A stretch of 64,000 nt of DNA from a bacterium. GTDB taxonomy: Bacteria > Zhuqueibacterota > QNDG01 > DTFT01. The notes below the pieces were generated by a model. The model was not told the origin of the DNA and did not search any database. It saw only the letters and a list, made by a program, of their open reading frames with translations. A program made the translations under genes and the position numbers. Below are positions 57,855-64,000 of this stretch, in pieces (position 1 is the first letter of the stretch; each line of letters starts with the position of its first letter). Where the stretch lies: NCBI GenBank assembly GCA_016933415.1, contig JAFGAX010000147.1, positions 8,567 through 72,566 of the forward strand, written 5' to 3'.

Positions 57855-59089
57855 GCCGGAAACCGCTCGGCCTTTTCGGCGGTTTCGGCATCGAGCTTGA
57901 ATACATGATCGTCCGCGGCCGGGATTGCTCGGTTTTCCCCGTTTCAGACCGCGTGCTCAGCCGGTTCAACGGATCACTGTCCTCTGAAATCCGCCGGGGC
58001 GCGCTCGACTGGTCCAATGAACTGGTTCTCCATGTCATCGAACTGAAGACCCACGGCCCTGCGCCCAGGCTCGAATCTCTGCCCTCCCTTTTTCAAACGG
58101 ACGTCTCCGCGATCAACGCCTTTCTGGAACCGCAGGGCGGCCGGCTTCTGCCGACGGCCATGCATCCCTGGATGGACCCGTCACGGGAGACGCGGCTTTG
58201 GCCGCACGAATACAACGAAGTGTACGAGGCCTACAACCGCATTTTCGGCTGCAGCGGCCATGGATGGGCCAATCTCCAGAGCATGCACCTGAACCTGCCC
58301 TTCGCGGACGACCGTGAATTCGGACGCCTGCATGCGGCCATCCGCCTGATCCTCCCCCTTCTGCCCGCCCTGGCCGCGAGTTCGCCGGTCGTCGAAGGCC
58401 GGCCCACGGGGCTTCTCGACAGCCGGATCGAGTTTTACAGAAAGAACCAGGCCCGTGTGCCTTCCCTCACGGGCTCGGTCATCCCGGAACCCGTCCATAC
58501 GGAGGCGGATTATCGGCGCGAGATACTGGCGCGTCTTTACCGTGACATCGCCCCTCTGGATGAAGCCCGCTGTCTTCAGCACGAGTGGCTGAACTCGCGG
58601 GGCGCCATCGCCCGATTCGAGCGTCATGCGATCGAGATCCGGCTGATCGACGTTCAGGAATGCCCCCTGGCTGACCTGACCGTGGCGGCCGCGGTGGTCG
58701 GCGCGCTCCGCCTGCTGGATTCCGCGGAAGTCACGGGCCCGGACCCGCGGCGCTTCTTTCCCACGGACGCACTATCGGACCTGCTGACGCGGACCATCCG
58801 GGACGGCGAATACGCGCCGGTTCCGGATCGATCCTATCAGAAAGCGCTCGGGCTCCGTCCGGACGCGTCGGCGACAGCGGGCGCGATCTGGCGCCGGCTG
58901 GCGGAGCGCATGTCCGGAGATCTTCTCGATCCCGTCTGGCACGCGCCGCTGAAGACGATTCTCGACCGGGGTCCGCTGGCCCGCCGGATGCTGCGCGTTC
59001 TGAACGATGATTTTTCCCGATCCGCCGTGATGGCGCTCTGCAACAGGCTGGCGGACTGCCTTTCCGAAGGACGGCTGCTGGATGCCTGA
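57851..59089 (+). CDS. GCS2/YbdK-family carboxylate-amine ligase (glutamate-cysteine-ligase-like)
   Basis: GIELEYMIV, HVIELKT and the HLNLP region typical of the GCS2 glutamine-synthetase-like fold; start overlaps the ATP-grasp stop (ATGA); 412 aa. Confidence 0.8.
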   Translation: MSRKPLGLFGGFGIELEYMIVRGRDCSVFPVSDRVLSRFNGSLSSEIRRGALDWSNELVLHVIELKTHGPAPRLESLPSLFQTDVSAINAFLEPQGGRLLPTAMHPWMDPSRETRLWPHEYNEVYEAYNRIFGCSGHGWANLQSMHLNLPFADDREFGRLHAAIRLILPLLPALAASSPVVEGRPTGLLDSRIEFYRKNQARVPSLTGSVIPEPVHTEADYRREILARLYRDIAPLDEARCLQHEWLNSRGAIARFERHAIEIRLIDVQECPLADLTVAAAVVGALRLLDSAEVTGPDPRRFFPTDALSDLLTRTIRDGEYAPVPDRSYQKALGLRPDASATAGAIWRRLAERMSGDLLDPVWHAPLKTILDRGPLARRMLRVLNDDFSRSAVMALCNRLADCLSEGRLLDA

Positions 59090-59834
59090 CCGCCTTTTTC
59101 TGGTCTTGACCTGCGAGCACGCCTCGCCATTCCTTCCGTCTGATTTCCGGAAAAAATTCCGCGATCGGATTGAACGGATACCGGAGCATCGTCTGTTTGA
59201 CCGCGGCGCGGCGGTACTGGCCCGGAATCTTGCGGACCGTTTCCGTGCTCCCCTGATCCGCTCCCGTTTTTCCCGTTTGCTCGTGGATCTCAACCGGTCC
59301 GAGGAACATCGGGAATTGTTCTCGGAATTGTCCGCGACACTGCCGGAAGCGCGGAAAAAAGCCCTGATCTCCCGGGTGCACCGTCGATACCGCGACTCCG
59401 TCGAGAGCCTCGTGGACCGTCTGATCCGCCGGGGAACCGCCGTCCTCCATGTTTCCGTACACACGTTCACGCCGGTCCTGAACGGCGAGTGCCGCCAAAC
59501 GGGAATCGGACTGCTTTTCGACCCTTCCCGTTCCTTCGAGAGACGGTTGTGCCTTTTCTGGCGGCGAAGGTTGAAAGACGAGTGTCCCGGCTTGGCGATC
59601 CATTTCAACCGGCCCTATCATGGCCGGTCGGACGGATTCACGAAGTGTCTGAGAGAAGGAAGGTCGGACAGCCGATATGCGGGCATTGAATTGGAGGTCA
59701 ATCAGTTGTTCTTCGCGCCCGGAAAAACCGTGGAGGCGCGTCGCGTCAGGGGCGCCATCGCGCGGAGCCTCGCGGCCGCGGTTTCGGATCTGACCGGCGC
59801 GCCCGCTTCCGGTTCAGTCCGAACACGAGGTTGA
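59082..59834 (+). CDS. N-formylglutamate amidohydrolase (FGase) family zinc hydrolase
   Basis: LVLTCEHAS, LLVDLNRS, LHVSVHTFTP motifs of the FGase family; start overlaps the upstream gene by 8 nt; 250 aa. Confidence 0.75.
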   Translation: MPDRLFLVLTCEHASPFLPSDFRKKFRDRIERIPEHRLFDRGAAVLARNLADRFRAPLIRSRFSRLLVDLNRSEEHRELFSELSATLPEARKKALISRVHRRYRDSVESLVDRLIRRGTAVLHVSVHTFTPVLNGECRQTGIGLLFDPSRSFERRLCLFWRRRLKDECPGLAIHFNRPYHGRSDGFTKCLREGRSDSRYAGIELEVNQLFFAPGKTVEARRVRGAIARSLAAAVSDLTGAPASGSVRTRG

Positions 59835-59926
59835 CCGGCCCGCTGCGGCTGCGAAAAGCGCGGAGGATCACATTACGGGAATCCGGCTGAACGATTCCAT
59901 GCACCGAACCGCGGACGCGCCGTCTT

Positions 59927-60889
59927 TCATCCTTCCTGTTTCAGCCGATCCAGCACTTTCACAATGTCTTCGGGCAGTTCCGAATCAAAACGCATCCTTT
60001 CGCCCGTTGCCGGATGCAGGAAACCCAGGGTTTTCGCATGGAGGGCCTGACGCATGATCCCCTCCAGCATTTCCTCCGCCAGAGCGGACTCGGGACGGCT
60101 CAATCCCTTCGGGGTTCGTCCCCCGTATTCCGGATCTCCGAAAACCGGGTGTCCGAGATGGGCCATGTGCACGCGGATCTGATGCGTGCGGCCGGTTTCC
60201 AGCCGAAGACTGACATGGCTGAGAAAGTGAAACCGTTCCAGCGTCCGGTAATGGGTGACGGCATGCTTGCCGCGCGAAGCGACCGCGATGCGCCGCCGGT
60301 CGCGGACGCTCCGGTTCAGCAGCGTCTCGACTGTTCCGGAGGATTGGGGAAGATTCCCCCAGAGGAGGGCGCGGTATTCCCGCTCCACGCTTTTCTCCTC
60401 GAACTGAAGCGCCAGCGCCGCATGGGCCGTTTCGGTTCTGGCCACGACGAGCAGGCCCGAGGTGCCCTTGTCCAGCCGATGCACGATGCCGCTCCGCTCC
60501 GGTCCGGAGCCTCCCGCAAGGTCGGTCGTATAGCCGAGCAGGGCGTTCACAAGCGTGCCCGAAAAATGCCCGCAGGCCGGATGAACCACCATGCCGGCGG
60601 GCTTGTTGACCACCATCAGATGGCCGTCCTCATAGACGATGTCCAGCGGAATTGTTTCCGGACGAATATCCTGGGGAGGGGGCTTGGGGACCGAAACGAC
60701 GATGACATCCGCGGGAAGAACGGGCCGGTTCGGCCTGGCCGTCAATCCGTTGACCGTGACCCGGTTTTCCCGGATGAGTTTCTGAATGCGGTTTCTGGAG
60801 AGTTCGGGGATTTCCCGCGTAAGGTAGGCATCGAGCCGTTCCCGGTTTTTTCTGCGGGGAACGGTGATCTCGAAACGTCTTTCGGTCAT
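59927..60889 (-). CDS. rluD: 23S rRNA pseudouridine synthase (RluD/RluA family, with S4 domain)
   Basis: S4 domain (RLDAYLTREIPELSRNRIQKLIRENRVTVNG) and catalytic HRLDKGTSGLLVVA. Confidence 0.85.
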   Translation of the reverse strand: MTERRFEITVPRRKNRERLDAYLTREIPELSRNRIQKLIRENRVTVNGLTARPNRPVLPADVIVVSVPKPPPQDIRPETIPLDIVYEDGHLMVVNKPAGMVVHPACGHFSGTLVNALLGYTTDLAGGSGPERSGIVHRLDKGTSGLLVVARTETAHAALALQFEEKSVEREYRALLWGNLPQSSGTVETLLNRSVRDRRRIAVASRGKHAVTHYRTLERFHFLSHVSLRLETGRTHQIRVHMAHLGHPVFGDPEYGGRTPKGLSRPESALAEEMLEGIMRQALHAKTLGFLHPATGERMRFDSELPEDIVKVLDRLKQEG

Positions 60890-61392
60890 GGAGCGGGCGG
60901 AGGCTGCACTCCGGCGCCGTCCCGCCGGCCGCGGCGGAGGGCCCTCTCGTCACGGGCCATCAGCAAAAACAGGATGCCCGCCCCGACGACCACGGCGGAG
61001 TCGGCCACGTTGAACACGGGCCAGCGCACGGAACGGATGCCGGCGTCGATGAAATCCACCACGCTCCCCGCCGCGAGCCGGTCGATGAGATTTCCGGCTG
61101 CGCCGCCCAGGATGAGCGCCGTTCCGGACCGGAGCCAGTTGGATTCACGCCGGATTTTCCAGAAATAATAGGCGACTCCGACGCAGGCCGCGACCGAAAA
61201 GGCGTTAAACAGGGCCCCGCTTCCGATATGAATGCCGAAGGCAATACCGTCGTTCCGTACGAATGTCATCCGGAGAACGTCCCCGAGAACAGGCACGGAT
61301 TCCCCCGGCGTCATGGTTCGCTCGACCAGCCGCTTGGTCGACTGGTCGAGCAGCAGCACCCCGGCGGACAACAGGAGCGGAAGCCCCTTCAA
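60886..61392 (-). CDS. lspA: Lipoprotein signal peptidase II
   Basis: Four transmembrane helices, FVRNDGIAFG, NLIDR, FNVAD motifs; 168 aa. Confidence 0.85.
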   Translation of the reverse strand: MKGLPLLLSAGVLLLDQSTKRLVERTMTPGESVPVLGDVLRMTFVRNDGIAFGIHIGSGALFNAFSVAACVGVAYYFWKIRRESNWLRSGTALILGGAAGNLIDRLAAGSVVDFIDAGIRSVRWPVFNVADSAVVVGAGILFLLMARDERALRRGRRDGAGVQPPPAP

Positions 61393-61793
61393 ATGACCTC
61401 CTCTTCGGCTTCAGCGTCCGACGGCGTCTTTTCCTCGTTGGCTTTGCACTGGATGCAGAGCCGGGCGTGCGGAACGGCCTCCAGCCGTTCCTCGCTGATC
61501 GGCTTCTGGCAGGAATGGCAGAGCCCATAGGTGCCGTTTTCAATCCGTTCGAGCGCCATGTCGATGTGGTAGAGAAGCCGGCCGTCCCGCTGGGCGTAGA
61601 AAAAGCTCTTCTCCCGCTCCATCGTATCGGTTCCCTGATCGGCCATGTGAAAGGAATAGGCCGAATGGTCGCCCGTGGCCTCTTTCAAGGTCGTCTGCAT
61701 TTCGGAGTCCTTGATGAGGGTGAGCTGCTGCATGAGGTCCTTCCGCTTTTCGAGAAGAAGGTTCTTGAAGAAAGCCGTTCGTTTCGCATCCAT
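61389..61793 (-). CDS. DksA/TraR-family C4 zinc-finger protein
   Basis: Coiled-coil N-terminus and a C-terminal CHSCQKPISEERLEAVPHARLCIQC zinc finger. Start at the ATG at 61793 with AGGAG 7 nt upstream; the ORF-track TTG at 61856 is rejected. Confidence 0.7.
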   Translation of the reverse strand: MDAKRTAFFKNLLLEKRKDLMQQLTLIKDSEMQTTLKEATGDHSAYSFHMADQGTDTMEREKSFFYAQRDGRLLYHIDMALERIENGTYGLCHSCQKPISEERLEAVPHARLCIQCKANEEKTPSDAEAEEEVI

Positions 61794-61921
61794 GACGATG
61801 ACTCCTGAATCTGTCTGCTCGCGCATTTCCCGCGGCGCGGGACCAGGCGAATGCAATCTTGCGACGATTGAAGACCCCCGCTTCGAGGGGGTCGCTCCTG
61901 ATGATACGGGCGTTGACGGGC

Positions 61922-64000
61922 TCAGCCCGCCTTTTCAATGAAAACGGTGACCGATTCCCCGTCCAGGTGAATTTCACGCCCGCTGCCGGCCTGCGCAGCG
62001 CCGCGCGAAAAGTGATCCGCCAGCAGTTCGTTCCGGATATATTCCGCGCGGGCTTCGAACATGCCGGACAGCCGGTCGGACGACTCGTAGACAAGCCGGA
62101 CGCGGTCGGTCACCTTGAAATCGAATTCCTTGCGCAGGTTCTGCGCGTGATGAACGAATTCCCGGGTGATCCCCATTCCCGTCAGTTCGGGTGTCAACCG
62201 CGTGTCGAGGCCGACGGTCATGCCGTCACCGGACTGGATGGCGAAATCCTCGGCCGGACGGTTCGTCAGCTCGACATCCTCCAGGGCGATCTCGCCCCGT
62301 GTTCCATCGGACAGCGTCAGGGAGAGGCGGCCGGTGTTCTCCAAATCGGCGATTTCCTTCGCGTTCAGAGAACGGATCCGCTCGGCGGCCGCATTGGATT
62401 TCGGCCCGAATTTCGGGCCGAGTTTCCGGAATACCGGACCGGCCTGGCGGCGCATGAGCGCGGCCGGATCGCCGGCGACCTCCAGACGCAGAACGTTTAC
62501 TTCCTCAAGGATGAGGCTTTCGAAACGCGCCAGCGCCTCGGCTGCCGACGGGTCGGTCGCATGCACGACGGCGCGGGCCAGGGGCTGGCGGACGCGCAAT
62601 CCGGCCTCGTTCCGGGCGGCCCGGCACAGGGAAACGGCTTCCTGGACGGCCTTCATCTGTCGTTCCAGGTCTTCATCCCGGACGCTGAATCCGGCCGCGG
62701 CCGGATCGGGGTATCCTGCGAGATGAACGCTTTCAAAAGGTTCGACCCGACCCTGGTTCAGGTTCCGGTACATGTCCTCGACGAAGAACGGGGAAAACGG
62801 CGCGATCAGCTTCGCCAGGGTCAGCAGGGTTTCGAACAGGGTCTGATAGGCGGACCGCTTGTCGTCGTTCAATTCCGCCTTCCAGAAACGGCGCCGGTTC
62901 CGCCGCACATACCAGTTCGAGAGGTCGTCGATGACGAAGTCCTGAATCGCCTTAGCGGCTTTGCAGGAATCGTAGCGTTCGAGAACCTGGGCGACGTCCC
63001 GCACGAGGGTGTTCCGCACGGAGAGAAGCCACCGGTCGATCTCGGGACGGGATTCGACGGGGATCGGGTCGTCCCCGGGCTCCCAGCCGTCGATGTTGGC
63101 GTACATGACGAAAAAACTGTAGGTATTGACTAGCGTCCCGAAAAACTTGCGCTTGACCTCCCGGACGCCTTCCGCGTCGAACCGCGTGGGAACCCAGGGC
63201 GGACTCACGGTGAACAGGTACCACCGCAGGGGATCCGCGCCCGTTTCGTCCAGGATCCCGAACGGATCCACGGCGTTGCCGCGCGTCTTCGACATTTTCT
63301 GGCCGGTCTTATCCAGGATCAGCTCGATGGACACGCAGTCGCGGTATGCCGACCGGTCCGAGATCAGGGTGCTGATGACCAGGAGCGAATAGAACCATCC
63401 GCGCGTCTGGTCGATCCCTTCCGCGATGAAGTCAGCCGGAAAGCTCTTCTCGAAACGCCCGTCGGCCGCGAAGGGGTGATGAAACTGGGCGTACGGCATG
63501 GCGCCTGAATCGAACCAGCAGTCGATGACCTCGGGCGTCCGCCGCCGGGTGCCGCCGCAGTCCGGGCACGGAAAAGTCACCGCGTCGATGTAGGGCTTGT
63601 GCAGATCGGACAGCTCGACGCCGCCGGAAAGCGATTTCAGCTCGGCCCGGCTCCCGACGGCCTGAACCTTGCCGCAGGAATCGCACACCCAGAGATTGAG
63701 CGGGGTACCCCAGTACCGGTCCCGCGATAGGGCCCAGTCGATGTTGTTTTCGAGCCACTGCCCGAACCGGCCCTCCCCCACATCGCGCGGGAACCAGCGG
63801 ATCCGGCGGTTGTTCTCAATGAGTTTTTCCTTGAACGCAGTTGTTCTCAGATACCAGGATTTTTTGGCGTAATAGAGCAGGGGCGAATCGCACCTCCAGC
63901 AGTGCGGGTACGCATGCGTGAATTTCTCCTGGCGGTAGAAAAGGCCGCTCTGCCGGAGCGCGTCAATGAGCGCCTGTTCGACTTCAGGATCCTTGACGCT
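61922..64000 (-). CDS. ileS: Isoleucyl-tRNA synthetase, C-terminal roughly 690 codons (gene continues past the window end)
   Basis: KMSKS motif (KMSKTRGN), anticodon-binding and zinc-binding C-terminal domains. The frame stays open from 63781 to 64000 (…CWRCDSPLLYYAKKSWYL…), so the ORF-track Met is internal. Confidence 0.9.
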   Translation of the reverse strand, partial: SVKDPEVEQALIDALRQSGLFYRQEKFTHAYPHCWRCDSPLLYYAKKSWYLRTTAFKEKLIENNRRIRWFPRDVGEGRFGQWLENNIDWALSRDRYWGTPLNLWVCDSCGKVQAVGSRAELKSLSGGVELSDLHKPYIDAVTFPCPDCGGTRRRTPEVIDCWFDSGAMPYAQFHHPFAADGRFEKSFPADFIAEGIDQTRGWFYSLLVISTLISDRSAYRDCVSIELILDKTGQKMSKTRGNAVDPFGILDETGADPLRWYLFTVSPPWVPTRFDAEGVREVKRKFFGTLVNTYSFFVMYANIDGWEPGDDPIPVESRPEIDRWLLSVRNTLVRDVAQVLERYDSCKAAKAIQDFVIDDLSNWYVRRNRRRFWKAELNDDKRSAYQTLFETLLTLAKLIAPFSPFFVEDMYRNLNQGRVEPFESVHLAGYPDPAAAGFSVRDEDLERQMKAVQEAVSLCRAARNEAGLRVRQPLARAVVHATDPSAAEALARFESLILEEVNVLRLEVAGDPAALMRRQAGPVFRKLGPKFGPKSNAAAERIRSLNAKEIADLENTGRLSLTLSDGTRGEIALEDVELTNRPAEDFAIQSGDGMTVGLDTRLTPELTGMGITREFVHHAQNLRKEFDFKVTDRVRLVYESSDRLSGMFEARAEYIRNELLADHFSRGAAQAGSGREIHLDGESVTVFIEKAG

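Overview
This is a high-GC (about 62-64%) bacterial chromosomal segment. The gene content (sigma-54 systems, RNase Y/YmdB, ZapB-ZapA, Lol, succinylase-type DAP pathway) suggests a deltaproteobacterial-type (Desulfobacterota-like) genome; that placement is inference only. All coordinates for regulatory sites were read directly from the sequence and may be off by a base or two.

Map, left to right:
1. 1-4527: the 3' end of a sensor histidine kinase, then a sigma-54-dependent (NtrC-type) response regulator, a terminator, a sigma-54 -24/-12 promoter, a CheY-like single-domain receiver, an FtsZ/tubulin paralogue with a roughly 200-aa C-terminal extension that looks like an HPt four-helix domain, and a strong terminator.
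2. 4543-6195: an FAD-linked oxidase.
3. 6219-19999: a consensus sigma-70 promoter, tRNA-Val(GAC), then thrS-infC(AUU start)-rpmI-rplT-pheS-pheT, zapB-zapA-rny-ymdB, folD-proS and a TPR protein.
4. 20000-22526: an AT-rich roughly 290-bp island, tRNA-Arg(TCT) on the minus strand with its own promoter and terminator, and a lower-GC secreted beta-helix protein gene.
5. 22527-38525: a roughly 16-kb minus-strand Wzx/Wzy-dependent exopolysaccharide locus. In transcription order: OmpR-type regulator, priming sugar transferase, SDR epimerase/dehydratase, Wzc tyrosine kinase, DUF354, a GT4 transferase, two uncharacterised proteins, Wzy, Wzx, a CapK-like adenylating enzyme, a second glycosyltransferase and a polysaccharide deacetylase.
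6. 38736-50494: clpC, a Tat-signal DUF362 protein, a NapH-like polyferredoxin and cdsA, then lolD-lolC, lysS, prfB (with the classic CUU UGA C +1 frameshift) and a LeuC-like aconitase-family large subunit.
7. 50581-55514: a bidirectional terminator, then the operon (ArgE/DapE-type)-lysC-dapB-dapA-dapD.
8. 55653-59834: a plus-strand, translationally coupled four-gene operon encoding a papain/C39-like enzyme, a RimK-type ATP-grasp ligase with a roughly 190-aa N-terminal extra domain, a GCS2/YbdK carboxylate-amine ligase and an N-formylglutamate-amidohydrolase-like hydrolase. This is a candidate peptide or metabolite amidoligase system with no identifiable product.
9. 59927-64000: rluD, lspA, a DksA/TraR-like gene and the 3' part of ileS.

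The two most interesting loci are the phosphorelay-linked FtsZ-HPt fusion at the start and the amidoligase operon near the end. I found no CRISPR array, IS element or integrase.
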